Origin: an uncultured delta proteobacterium
Lineage (GTDB): Bacteria; Myxococcota; Myxococcia; Myxococcales; Myxococcaceae
Direction: 5' to 3'
Length of the DNA stretch: 64,000 nt
Assembly (NCBI GenBank): GCA_963771175.1
Contig: CAVYSY010000052.1
Location: 225,834 to 289,833 of the forward strand
Shown here: in pieces, positions 32,490 through 42,477 of the stretch
Position numbering within the stretch: position 1 is the first letter of the stretch
Layout: each line of letters opens with the position of its first letter
Translations under genes and position numbers: made by a program
The notes under the pieces: generated by a model
Database searches by the model: none
Told to the model about the DNA's origin: nothing
Seen by the model: only the letters and a program-made list of their open reading frames with translations

Positions 32490-33004
32490 ATCTCCGGCCG
32501 GCCGACAGGGCCGAGAAGAGACGTGCTGCGGGGACTTGCCACGCAGCAGGGACATGCTCTCCAGCAGCATGAGCGATGGGGCGGTATGGACTGTCCGCGC
32601 TACGAGACACTGCCGCCGAGTACCAGCAGGCCCTCGACGAGGGAGGGCGGAGGAGCAGCACTTCTCGCGGGCAACGTGGCGCTGGGCAGTTCGACCTACT
32701 TCTCCCCAGCCGGAGCCCGCCGCCGCACAGGGGGAGTGAGCCTTCAGTCCTTTGTGACGTAGCGGTCGCGCTCCTGGCGACTCACCGGAACGAGTCCACG
32801 ACGAAGACAGAGGCGCCGGAGTAATCGAGGTAGGCGTTCAGCATCCCATCGTGGCGGAAGAGTTCCAGAGCGAGGTTGGCCGGACCTCTCTCCGAATTGA
32901 ACGCCCTCCCGTCCACGACGACGGCGATGGAGCACCCGGCTCTACCGCGTGGCCGAGCGCCATCGTTCCTGAAAGCCTCGAAGAACGAGCCATGGCGCGC
33001 GTGC

Positions 33005-33895
33005 TCACCCGAGCACCACGGTGACGGAGGTCGTCTCCCCTGGCTGGATGGTGACGATGTCCTCGGCGGAGACCGGAGTGCCCTTGCGCGTCGCGCTGAC
33101 GCGGAGCAGGTGCTGACCGGGCGTCAGGCCAGCGAAGGCCTTGGTGGCCCCGGTGTGCTCGAGGACGGGCCCGGTCTCCCCGAGCTGGAGCTTGCACTGG
33201 CGGCCGTCCAGGGAGTCGGGCTCGGAGATGACCACCTTGAGGGCACCGTGGGTGGGCGCGACCAGGGCGGGGGTGGAGGGACCCGCGGCGCGCTGGGCGG
33301 CGACGGACTTCTCGAAGTCCTGGAGGGCACCGGCGAAGTGGGTAATCCACTCCAGCGTCTCGGTCTTGAGGGCCTGGTTGACCGAGGCGAGGGCCGTCTG
33401 GAGCAGGTTGAGGCTGGCGGTGAGGTTGTCGCCCCTGGCGCCCCCGGCGAGCCGGGACTCGAGCGCGCGGCGGGCCCAGCCGAACTGGAGCGACTCGAGC
33501 TGGGTCTGCAGGTCCAGCAGCGCGGTGAGGTAGCGCATCCAGTTGGAGGAGAAGCCGTAGAGCCGGTCGAAGGCGATGCACCCGGCGCTGAGCGCGGCGA
33601 GAATGGAGGCGACGGGCACCCAGCGCTGGGGCTCCCACTCGGGAGGGAACATGGAAACGGCGATGGGGAGGATGGAGGCGAGCCCCGCGAGCACGACGGC
33701 CGAGCCCCGGAAGAGGACGGCGCGGCGCTTGTGCGTGCTCTTGTGCCGGTCGTACCAGCGGATGGCCTCCTCGGTCTTGGCCACCAGCGCGGCATAGAGC
33801 TGTTGCAGTTCCTGGTCCTGCTCGGGCTGCCCGATGTCGGGCAGCTTCATGGGCTGCAGGTTGTCGGAGGGCTTGTGGGACGTGGGGCTCGCCAT
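33005..33895 (-). CDS. SLATT-domain 2TM protein with C-terminal PEGA/Ig-like domain
   Basis: AIRWY..two TM helices..FDRLYGFSSNWMRY; tail GLTPGQHLLRVSA..VTIQPGETTSVTVVL. Confidence 0.7.
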   Translation of the reverse strand: MASPTSHKPSDNLQPMKLPDIGQPEQDQELQQLYAALVAKTEEAIRWYDRHKSTHKRRAVLFRGSAVVLAGLASILPIAVSMFPPEWEPQRWVPVASILAALSAGCIAFDRLYGFSSNWMRYLTALLDLQTQLESLQFGWARRALESRLAGGARGDNLTASLNLLQTALASVNQALKTETLEWITHFAGALQDFEKSVAAQRAAGPSTPALVAPTHGALKVVISEPDSLDGRQCKLQLGETGPVLEHTGATKAFAGLTPGQHLLRVSATRKGTPVSAEDIVTIQPGETTSVTVVLG

Positions 33896-33993
33896 GTCCC
33901 CGGACTCTAGCGGTGGGGTGCCCTGTCAGCGAAGCCCACCGAGCTCCGCTCCAGGTCGGCTATCTTGCCCGGCAACCGGAGGCTCCCACGAGC

Positions 33994-34404
33994 ATGCTCG
34001 AACTGCGCGCCTGCATCGATGTCGACGACCTGGACAAGGCCATCACGTTCTACACGCAGGTGCTCGGGTTGAAGCTCGGGCGTCGGCTGGGCCCTGACTG
34101 GGCCGAGCTGCTCGGGGCCTCGTCCCCCATCGACCTGCTCCGCACTCCCGCTGGGAGCCCGGCATCCCCGGGCTCGACCGCCACGCGGGACTTTCGCCGG
34201 CATTGGACGCCCGTGCACCTGGACTTCACCGTCACCGACATCGAGGCCGTGGTCCGGCGGGCCCAGGCCGCGGGCGCGACGCTCGACCGGGACATCCAGC
34301 AGCGCCCGTATGGCCGCATGGCCAACCTCGCGGACCCCTTCGGCAATGGCTTCTGCCTGCTCGAGTTCCAAGGCCGCGGCTACGACGCGCTCACGGGAGG
34401 CTGA
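33994..34404 (+). CDS. VOC/glyoxalase-family protein
   Basis: IDVDDLDKAITFYTQVLG..HLDFTVTD..DPFGNGFCL. Confidence 0.9.
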   Translation: MLELRACIDVDDLDKAITFYTQVLGLKLGRRLGPDWAELLGASSPIDLLRTPAGSPASPGSTATRDFRRHWTPVHLDFTVTDIEAVVRRAQAAGATLDRDIQQRPYGRMANLADPFGNGFCLLEFQGRGYDALTGG

Positions 34405-34510
34405 GCCCCGGCGGGCGCTGTCCGCCAGTCCACCCGCCAGCCGGGCGAGCCATCGCGTCCCCCAATCAGTTCGCATCCACGGGGCGCCTCCGTGGAACAC
34501 TGCGCCCCTC

Positions 34511-35614
34511 ATGCGAGGCGTCTTCCGTACATCGCTCCTGGTCCTGTCGCTCGTGCTCTCCGGTTCCGCCATGGCGGCCCCACCGAGGACACCGAGAGAC
34601 CTCGCCGCCCGCGCACCCGATGAGGCCCGTGTAGAGCGCGTCCTGAAGTCCCTGTCCCCGCGCGAGAAGGTGGGCCAGTTGCTCCTCGCCTATCCGCAGG
34701 TGGGCAAGGACAACCCCGTGGAGGTGGGCGGGGTGCTGTTCGTGGGCGGGACGCTCAAGAAGCTGGAGGCAGCGAAGGAGCGCATCCGCTCGTCCCGCGA
34801 GCGCGCCCGCATCCCTCCCTTCTTCGCGGTGGACATCGAGGGAGGCAGCTTCAACCGCCTCAACCGGCACCACGCCCTCAAGGAGCTCCCGCTCGCGCGC
34901 GACATGGCCACGCTGGAGGACGCCGAGGTGGAGGCGTGGGGCGTGCGCGTCGGCAAGGCGATGCGGGAGGTGGGGCTCAACATGAACCTCGCGCCCGTGT
35001 TCGACGTGTCCCCCAAGGGCCACATGTTCCGCAACGGGCGCGCGTTCTCGGGGGACCCCGAGGTGGTGAAGCGCAAGGCCACGGCCTTCGCGCGCGGGCT
35101 GGCGAAGGCGGGAGTGGTCTCCATCGGCAAGCACTTCCCGGGCTATGGAGACCTCGACACCGACTCGGACCACGAGCACGCCGTCGCCGACTGGGACGAG
35201 GAGCGCGTGCGCCTGGAGGCGGCGGCCTTCCGAGCCGCGGACCGCTACCTGGGCGGCGTGATGATGTCGAACATCGTCTACGCGAAGCTCGGCCCGGGGC
35301 CCGCCATCCTCGAGCCCGCGCTCGTCGCCATGGCGCACGAGAGCGGGTGGATTTCGGTGACGGACGACGTGGCCATCCGCGCGCTGGCCGAGCAGATTGG
35401 AGCCGAGCGCGAGGAGGTGGTGCGACGGGCCTTCCTCGCGGGCAACGACCTCATCCTCACCACCGAGCCGCCGGACTGGTCGGGGGGTCTGGACTACTTC
35501 GGCATCCTGACGAAGCTGGCCGAGTCGGACCCGAAGATGGCCGAGCACCTGGACGCGGCGGTGCGGCGGGTGCTGCGCCTGAAGGACCGGATGGGCCTGC
35601 TGGACGGGCTGTAG
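34511..35614 (+). CDS. Glycoside hydrolase family 3 N-terminal domain protein (NagZ-like), secreted
   Basis: EKVGQL, AVDIEGG, NMNLAPVFD, KHFPG, VTDD. Confidence 0.85.
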   Translation: MRGVFRTSLLVLSLVLSGSAMAAPPRTPRDLAARAPDEARVERVLKSLSPREKVGQLLLAYPQVGKDNPVEVGGVLFVGGTLKKLEAAKERIRSSRERARIPPFFAVDIEGGSFNRLNRHHALKELPLARDMATLEDAEVEAWGVRVGKAMREVGLNMNLAPVFDVSPKGHMFRNGRAFSGDPEVVKRKATAFARGLAKAGVVSIGKHFPGYGDLDTDSDHEHAVADWDEERVRLEAAAFRAADRYLGGVMMSNIVYAKLGPGPAILEPALVAMAHESGWISVTDDVAIRALAEQIGAEREEVVRRAFLAGNDLILTTEPPDWSGGLDYFGILTKLAESDPKMAEHLDAAVRRVLRLKDRMGLLDGL

Positions 35615-35714
35615 CCGGCCCCGAAGCCTGAACCCCCCCCGATATGCCCGCGCGCTCCGTTCGTTGTGACTTCCAGCGAGCGCAGTCACGGACCACTGGG
35701 GAGGGAGATTCGCG

Positions 35715-36224
35715 ATGGCGGAGCTGGCGTCAGAAGTGCGAGTGGTGGTCGCGCGGTTGAGGAACCTCTTCGTGGACCTGGCCCGGCAGGGGGCCTTCGC
35801 CAGCCCATTGGACGAGATTCCCCACGCGGAGCTGGAGCCGCGGCAGCTCCAGGCGCTCTGGTGGATTCGCGCCGAGGGGCTACTCACCATCAACGCCCTG
35901 GCCAACCGCATGGGCATGGGCATGCCGCCCATGACACGCCTGGTCGACCGGCTGGAGGAACTGGAGCTCGTCACGAGGCACCGCGGCACGCGCGCGGACA
36001 AGCGGCAGGTGCTGGTGCGCCTCACCCAGAAGGGCTGTGCCGCGGCGGAAGAGGCGGACACCGTGGTGCAGGAGCGACTGGCGCACCTGCTGCTGCCCAT
36101 CGCGGGGGAGGAGCGCAGCGCGCTGTTGGACCTGCTGGAGCGCTGGGTGGAGGCCCTCGCGCGCAAGCCCGAGCCGGTGGTGCCCCCGGAGGCCCGGGTG
36201 GCACCGGCCGACTCCCACTGCTGA
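35715..36224 (+). CDS. MarR-family transcriptional regulator
   Basis: TRLVDRLEELELVTR..DKRQVLVRLTQKG. Confidence 0.9.
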   Translation: MAELASEVRVVVARLRNLFVDLARQGAFASPLDEIPHAELEPRQLQALWWIRAEGLLTINALANRMGMGMPPMTRLVDRLEELELVTRHRGTRADKRQVLVRLTQKGCAAAEEADTVVQERLAHLLLPIAGEERSALLDLLERWVEALARKPEPVVPPEARVAPADSHC

Positions 36225-36226
36225 GG

Positions 36227-36733
36227 CTAGGGCTTCTGCTCCAACTCCTCGGGGTGGAACACGCGCGAGGCCACGCGGTCCAGCACCTCGTCGCCCCACA
36301 CGAGGCTCGCCTTGGCCAGGCGAGTCATGTCCTTCTCGAAGGCCCTGCCCTCGGGAATCTGCGAGTAGGTGCGGCTGAGGAAGAGACCGCGGTTCTCCCG
36401 CTCGTAGTCCACGGTGCCGCCACCGGTGTCGGTGCCCTCACGGGCCTCGGCCTCGAAGCCGGCCAGCACGCCCGGCTTGGGCGGCTCGTGGAAGCGATAG
36501 ACGAGCGCGCTGCACTCCAGCGACTTCGTGTCCTCGTGGTACTCGAAGTACACCTGGGCGCCGCCCACGGCGATGCCGCCGAAGCCCTGCTCGTTGAGCC
36601 CCGGGCTGAGCACCGCCCCCTGCGAGCGCGAGTACCAGCGCAACAACTCCTGCGCCGACTCGCGGGACATCGGCGTCCCGCTCGGAGGAGGCGGCGGCGC
36701 GAGGCCCACCGCGGTCAGAATCCACTGCAGCAT
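36227..36733 (-). CDS. Hypothetical protein, possible CesT/YbjN chaperone-like fold
   Basis: Helix, short beta strands, then amphipathic C-terminal helix ending KASLVW; adjacent to the upstream hydrolase gene. Confidence 0.55.
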   Translation of the reverse strand: MLQWILTAVGLAPPPPPSGTPMSRESAQELLRWYSRSQGAVLSPGLNEQGFGGIAVGGAQVYFEYHEDTKSLECSALVYRFHEPPKPGVLAGFEAEAREGTDTGGGTVDYERENRGLFLSRTYSQIPEGRAFEKDMTRLAKASLVWGDEVLDRVASRVFHPEELEQKP

Positions 36734-36744
36734 GGGGGTTCCCG

Positions 36745-37695
36745 TCACTTGCCGGCGCGGGCCTGCTCGAAGGGCACGCGCTGGGGCAGGTAGGACCCTT
36801 CGAGCCCGTGGGCGTCGAGGCCCGAGCTGTGCTCGAAGCGGCGCACCACCGCGCCCTTGCCACCGTCACGCAGCGCCCAGTCATCCAGGCCCTTGCCGTT
36901 GCCCTGGCCGAACCAGGTGGGGACGATGTCCTTGTTGTTGACGTAGTGCACGTAGTTGGGGCCGTCCGGGTAGTGGGCCGCGGCGCCGCCGAAGGTCTCC
37001 ACATCCACCTTCTTCATCAGCTGCTCGACCTGCGCCTTGGACATCCCGTCCTCGATGCGCAGCCGGTTGACCACGTCGTTGAGGGCTCGGCTGGTGACGA
37101 GACCGCCCTGGCTGTGCGCCATCAGGTGCACGGAGCGCCCCGCCTTGAGCTCGGAGTAGACGAGGTCCGCCATCGAGTCCACCGCCGGGTTGACGCCCTT
37201 GTCGAGCTTGTCCTTCACGCACTGGGCGAGGTCGGCGATCATCCCCTCGGTGGCGTTGTGCACGCCCACCACCTTGGCGCCAGTGCGATCAGCAATCTGC
37301 TGCATGCTGTTGAACTGGACGTCCTTGTTGTTGTTGATGCCGTTGACGTAGATGACGGTCTGGGTGGGGTTGGGGTTGTTGCGCGGGGTGACACCCGGGA
37401 CCTGGCTCAGCGGAGTGCCGGGCGGGAAGGTCTTGCCACCGGCGCCCACGAGGTGCCCGTCGAACACGCGGTCCGGCTTCGAGCCGCCGAACAGCCCGCC
37501 CAGCGCCTTGGCCTTGTCAGCGGCCTTGTTCTCGAAGCCGTCGACGAACTGGCCCACCTTCTGGCCGCCCTCGGCCACGGTGTTCTTCACCGTGCCCACG
37601 GCGTTTCCGACCGTCTTCTGCGTCTTCTCGACGGCGTTCTGCGCGCCCGTGCGGACGTTGTTGAGGAGGTTGCGGCCGCTCTTGATGGGGTTCAT
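36745..37695 (-). CDS. Alpha/beta-hydrolase (lipase-like) protein with amphipathic N-terminal repeats
   Basis: YVNGI, AHSQGG nucleophile elbow, TFGGA, DIVP, late His (DAH). Confidence 0.7.
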   Translation of the reverse strand: MNPIKSGRNLLNNVRTGAQNAVEKTQKTVGNAVGTVKNTVAEGGQKVGQFVDGFENKAADKAKALGGLFGGSKPDRVFDGHLVGAGGKTFPPGTPLSQVPGVTPRNNPNPTQTVIYVNGINNNKDVQFNSMQQIADRTGAKVVGVHNATEGMIADLAQCVKDKLDKGVNPAVDSMADLVYSELKAGRSVHLMAHSQGGLVTSRALNDVVNRLRIEDGMSKAQVEQLMKKVDVETFGGAAAHYPDGPNYVHYVNNKDIVPTWFGQGNGKGLDDWALRDGGKGAVVRRFEHSSGLDAHGLEGSYLPQRVPFEQARAGK

Positions 37696-37839
37696 GGGGG
37701 GCTCCGGCGAAATTTGGTGTGAAAATCGTTACGGGATTATCGGGGAAAGGGGAGCGCGAGTTGCGTCCCCATTCTCACCTTTTCTCCCCGTATGACTCAA
37801 TGGACGGCTGGTATGGGCCCCCGTCCCGGGCTCACCCCG

Positions 37840-39210
37840 TCAACTGGGCTGGGGCGGGTGTTTCGGGTCCAGGCCGAACCGCTGGAGGAGCTGTCCCCGG
37901 GCCACGTTCAGCCCGCCCCGGGCCACGGCCTTGAGCCACGCCCCGCCGGTGCTCTCGGCGATGAAGTTTCGCGTCCGGCGAGAATCCTGGACCACGGGGG
38001 TGAGCGAGGCCGGGTCGTTGAAGTTCTCGGTGAAGGCGTCGGCCAGCCGCTGCATGGCGCTCCGGTTGTCCGGGCGGCCGTCACTGCCGTACTGGGCCAT
38101 GAGCAGCTCGCGAGCGGCGGGGGTGATGGGCTCCAGCAGGAAGTTGTTGAAGGTGTAGGTGGGGTGCCCGTGCCGGGCGTAGAAGCGCTCGAAGGTGGCC
38201 GTCATCCACGCCGCGTCGAAGGGACGGTCCCCGTGCTCGGCCACGGCCTCGAGCAGCGTGCGCACCTGCTTGTACCCGTTGTTGGCCCCCTGCCCGGCGA
38301 TGGGGTCCAGGGACATCGCCGTGTCGCCGAGCGCCATCACCTCGCGCCCCGAGGGCAGCCGCCCCACCGGCCGGCGCACCGTGGGCGTCACCGCGCCCAC
38401 CAGCCAGCCCTGGGGGTCCGACAGCTCGGCGCTCTGGAACCAGTCGGCGTCCCACGGGAGGTGCTCGCGGAACACGCCCTTCATGCGCTCCAGCACCTCC
38501 TCGCCGCTCCTGGCGTCCCGGAAGCGGTCGAGCGGACCGCCCGGCTTCGCCTCCACGAGGCAGCTCCAGCTCGGGCCCACGTCCTTGTGGAAGAAGGGCA
38601 TGTAGAAGATTTCACCCGCGTAGGGGAACGCGTTGAACTTCACCGGCACCAGCGGCAGGCCGTCGAAGCGCATCTTCACGCCCTTGAGGAACACCATCGC
38701 GAGCTGGCGCTGGGGCTCGTTGTAGACGCTCCGGGCCGGATCGCGCTCGAAGAGCCGGCACAGGTCCGCGCGACCCGCGGCCACCAACGTCAGGTCGTGC
38801 GCGGCGGAGATTTGCTCCAGCCGCTCCACCGTCACGGACTCGATCTCGACGCGCCCGCCGCGAGCCACGAGGTCGTTCATCCACCGATGACTCTGCAGCC
38901 GCACGTCGACCCCCTGGAAGGGACGGCGCAGGCGTCCCGTCAGGGTGAGCAGCCGGTTGCGCGGCGTGGGACAGACGGTGAGGTGCGCGCCTTCGCCCCA
39001 GGGAACCTGGTCATCCCAGTGGTTGAGACCGAACTCGCGCTCCAGTTGCAGCGACAAATCGAAACGGGCCGCCGAGCCCGTGGGCTTGGACTGGAGCCAC
39101 TGCTCGGGCGTCCGGTCCGAGTAGAGCGTGACCTGATGGCCCGCCTTCCGCAGACCGTGGGCAGCCAGAAGGCCAACGACTCCCGAGCCAATGATGGCGA
39201 TGTTGCGCAT
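37840..39210 (-). CDS. Styrene/indole monooxygenase-family FAD oxygenase subunit
   Basis: IAIIGSGVVG, GVDVRL, DLTLVAAGR, ALGD..LDPIAGQGAN. Confidence 0.85.
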   Translation of the reverse strand: MRNIAIIGSGVVGLLAAHGLRKAGHQVTLYSDRTPEQWLQSKPTGSAARFDLSLQLEREFGLNHWDDQVPWGEGAHLTVCPTPRNRLLTLTGRLRRPFQGVDVRLQSHRWMNDLVARGGRVEIESVTVERLEQISAAHDLTLVAAGRADLCRLFERDPARSVYNEPQRQLAMVFLKGVKMRFDGLPLVPVKFNAFPYAGEIFYMPFFHKDVGPSWSCLVEAKPGGPLDRFRDARSGEEVLERMKGVFREHLPWDADWFQSAELSDPQGWLVGAVTPTVRRPVGRLPSGREVMALGDTAMSLDPIAGQGANNGYKQVRTLLEAVAEHGDRPFDAAWMTATFERFYARHGHPTYTFNNFLLEPITPAARELLMAQYGSDGRPDNRSAMQRLADAFTENFNDPASLTPVVQDSRRTRNFIAESTGGAWLKAVARGGLNVARGQLLQRFGLDPKHPPQPS

Positions 39211-39561
39211 GTCTTCCCCCCATGAGGTTGTTGGGCCGAACAGTAGGAGAAGTGACGGATGCTCGCCAACCTCTACCCTCTCCTCCGGCGCTCAAGGGGG
39301 AGGAGTCCATCCGCGGAGTGTTGTGACGCGGGCCCACCCACCCGCCCGTGTCGCCGCAGGGTGGAGTGCCTTCCCATAATGGACTCCTGTCGCGCGACCG
39401 CACTCGGGACGTGCCTCTTTCAGCACATCCGGAGGGTCCACGGAATCGATTGGAGTGGATGTGGGCGGTCGGTCAGGTAGCGTGCCAGCGCAGAGCAGCC
39501 CTCTTCATTTCTTGCGGTATGCCCGGGCGCGGGAGCGCTAGAAGAGCGGCTGGAGGATCGC

Positions 39562-41004
39562 ATGTACATCACCCGGCTGCACGTGAAGAACATGAAGCTC
39601 ATGCGGGACCTCGCTCTCGACTTCACGCACGAAGGCAAGCCCCGCATGTGGACCGTGCTCGTCGCGGAAAACGGCGCGTGCAAGACGACGTTGCTCCAGG
39701 CCATCGCCCTGGCGGCGAGCGGTTCCGCCCGCGCGAACCAGTTGGCGGATGTGCCGTCACTGCCGGACCTGAGACAATCAGGCGGATCCACACAGATAAG
39801 CGCCGATTTCGAATTCGGGACCAACCTGGAGAAATGGCGCCTCCTTCCCAAACTAAATCCGCCCATTGAAGGGCAACACAAGCTAGGGCTGTGGAGTGCA
39901 CTAAGTGTAGAGCCCAATCAGTCGACTTTCGCGGGAGCCTCCAGCCTCGGCGAGACTGAGGTGCTGGCGCCCATTACCAACAAGCAGGTCCAATTCGATG
40001 CCGATACAATCGACGCGCTCCTTGAGCAAATCCGAAATTCAATAGGCAAAGTTGCGACGCCGACTTGGTCGGCGCTCATCCGTCGTGCCATGGCTGTGCT
40101 CCGGGACCCACTCTCCGAAGCCCGTTCGAAATCCTTCCCCGGTTGGTTCGTCGCTGGCTATGGCACGCAGCGACAATTGCCGGTACCGCTCAGCGCATCC
40201 GAACTGAAGGACCGCGTTCTCAATCGGCTCGAGCCACTCTTCGGGAAGGCACCGCTCGTCGGCACGGGCTTCGCCAACCAGTTCGTCGAAACGCCTCGCT
40301 TCGAACCGTTTATCCAAGCGCTCAAGAAGGTGTTCGTCGACAACCACCTCCTGCCCCATGTGGACGCAGTGGAGTTGCGCGGCCGGGGAGGAGTGATGCA
40401 GCCCGGGGATCTAGTCCGTTCGCACAGCTTCGAGTTCGAGTTCTCCGGCCAGAAGACGAAAGTTCCCGCCACCTGGCTCTCGCAAGGCTACCAGTCGACC
40501 ATCGCGTGGATCGCCGACCTCATCGGGCAGATGTACCTCGATATCGGTGAGGCCATTCCCCTCGAAGACATGGAGGGAATGGTGCTCATCGACGAGCTCG
40601 ACCTCCATCTTCATCCGACCTGGCAGGTGCGGCTCATTCCGGTGCTCAAGCGCGTGTTTCCGCGCATGCAGTTCATCGTGACGACCCACTCGCCCATGCT
40701 CCTGCCTGCGCTCGAACGGCACGAAATCGTGATGCTTCGCCTGGATCAGAACGGAGACGTCGTAGCCGATGCACCGCCCGCCTCGCCCAAGCTGATGACG
40801 GGCAGCGAGATCTACTCGAGCTTCTTCAACATCCAGAAGCTCTACCCGAGCGAGCTCGGCGACGAGCTGCGTCGCTACACCTATCTCTCAAGCGATCCGA
40901 CGCGCACCGACGAGGAAGACGCCGAGATGCTTCGCTTGCAGAAGAAGCTCACCGACGCCGGCCTCGACCTGGGGTTGCCGCCGGTGCCGAGGGATGTGGC
41001 GTGA
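39562..41004 (+). CDS. ABC/AAA_21 ATPase, PtuA (Septu)-like
   Basis: Walker A ENGACKTT; signature LSQG; Walker B VLIDELDLHLHP; TTHSP. Confidence 0.8.
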   Translation: MYITRLHVKNMKLMRDLALDFTHEGKPRMWTVLVAENGACKTTLLQAIALAASGSARANQLADVPSLPDLRQSGGSTQISADFEFGTNLEKWRLLPKLNPPIEGQHKLGLWSALSVEPNQSTFAGASSLGETEVLAPITNKQVQFDADTIDALLEQIRNSIGKVATPTWSALIRRAMAVLRDPLSEARSKSFPGWFVAGYGTQRQLPVPLSASELKDRVLNRLEPLFGKAPLVGTGFANQFVETPRFEPFIQALKKVFVDNHLLPHVDAVELRGRGGVMQPGDLVRSHSFEFEFSGQKTKVPATWLSQGYQSTIAWIADLIGQMYLDIGEAIPLEDMEGMVLIDELDLHLHPTWQVRLIPVLKRVFPRMQFIVTTHSPMLLPALERHEIVMLRLDQNGDVVADAPPASPKLMTGSEIYSSFFNIQKLYPSELGDELRRYTYLSSDPTRTDEEDAEMLRLQKKLTDAGLDLGLPPVPRDVA

Positions 41005-41801
41005 TCCGCATCCAGCGCGGTCCCGAACCCGCCGCCCTTGCTCCTGTTCGTTCCGCGGAATTGCCGCGCGTGAGAACGATCGCGGCCTCGGGCAGGCCCG
41101 ACTCGGAAGCGATTGGGCAAGAGTACTCGGTGGTAAAGCGCGAACTCTGGATGCAGCACTCGATGAGGTGCTGCTACTGCGAGAGTCAGGTTCAGTGCGA
41201 CTACAGCGATGTCGAGCACTTCAGGCCGAAGGCGAGAGCCGATCGCCAGAATGGGACAACCGACATCGGTTACTGGTGGCTCGCCTGGACGTGGGAGAAC
41301 CTCCTCTTCAGTTGTGCGATCTGCAACCGTTCCGCCAAGAAAGACTTGTTTCCACTCGAAGCCGGCAGTGTGCCGCTCCGCCCCGAGGAGCAGCCGCCCG
41401 GCAGGGAACTGCCGACGCTCATCGACCCGTGTAGCGAAGATCCGGTCGAGTCGATTCAGTTCGTCTTCGATGGCACTCACTGGCAGCCGGTTGGACGAAC
41501 CGGGAGCGAGCGGGGTCAACGAACGATCGAGATTCTGAAGCTCGGTCGAGCGGATCTCCTGACGTTCTACGACGCCCATGTGAGTGACCACGTCAAGCCA
41601 CGCACCGACGCGGTCCACGAGGCACTCATACGCCAGGACAAGGACGCCATCCGTGATGCGTGGCGCCGCGTTCGCGGGCTCATCTCCCCCCGAATGCCCT
41701 TCGTTGCGCTGTCGTTCGACGCCATCAACCACTTCGTCCCAGAAAACGTTCGAGCGCGGTGGGGCCTCGAATTGCCGAGGCCGCCTGTTCGCGGTCCCTG
41801 A
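41001..41801 (+). CDS. HNH endonuclease, PtuB-like
   Basis: GTGA overlap; [40 protein letters not shown]. Confidence 0.8.
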   Translation: MIRIQRGPEPAALAPVRSAELPRVRTIAASGRPDSEAIGQEYSVVKRELWMQHSMRCCYCESQVQCDYSDVEHFRPKARADRQNGTTDIGYWWLAWTWENLLFSCAICNRSAKKDLFPLEAGSVPLRPEEQPPGRELPTLIDPCSEDPVESIQFVFDGTHWQPVGRTGSERGQRTIEILKLGRADLLTFYDAHVSDHVKPRTDAVHEALIRQDKDAIRDAWRRVRGLISPRMPFVALSFDAINHFVPENVRARWGLELPRPPVRGP

Positions 41802-42432
41802 TGGAAGAGAACCGCTACCGAGTGCCGGCGCGCCTCCACCGGGTGGAGCAGGAGCTCCAGCGCAGCCGCTTCGTCACGACGGTCGCCCCGGCGCCGACGG
41901 TGGAGGAGGCCAAGGCGTTCATCGCCCGCATCCGCGAGGAGTTCCCCGATGCCAATCACAACTGCTGGGCCTACGTGGTGGGCCCTCCCGGCTCGACCGG
42001 ACAGGCGGGGATGAGCGACGACGGAGAGCCCCACGGGACCGCGGGCCGACCCATGCTGACGGCGCTGCTTCACGGCGGCGTGGGGATGTGGCGGTCGTCG
42101 TCACCCGCTACTTCGGTGGGACACTCCTGGGTAAGGGCGGGCTGGTGCGGGCCTACACCGGCTGCGTCCAGCAGGGGCTCGAACACCTCCCCACCACCGA
42201 GCGCATGCGGAAGGTCCGCCTCGCCATCGAGCTCGAATACGCCAGCGTGGACGGCGTCCGCCGGATGCTCCCGGCCCATGAGGCCGAGCTCGTCGCCGAG
42301 CAATACGCCACCACCGTGGGCTATCAACTCCTGCTCCCCGTCTCCCGGCTGGAGTCCTTCCAGACCGCGCTGCTCGACCTCACCAACGGGCAGGTCCTGC
42401 TCGAGGTGCTCGACCCCGCCCCCGCCGCGTGA
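41801..42432 (+). CDS. yigZ: YigZ/IMPACT-family protein; frameshift near 42085
   Basis: [44 protein letters not shown]. Confidence 0.85.
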
Positions 42433-42477
42433 CGGGGCTCGCGGGGAAACACCCCGAGGGGCCGCCCGTGCCTCCCC

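Noticed and set aside
31000..34000. Replication origin at a skew switch
   Set aside because: Skew changes several times; no dnaA, DnaA-box cluster or AT-rich unwinding element seen
39210..41801. Complete retron
   Set aside because: No reverse transcriptase ORF recognisable in the window
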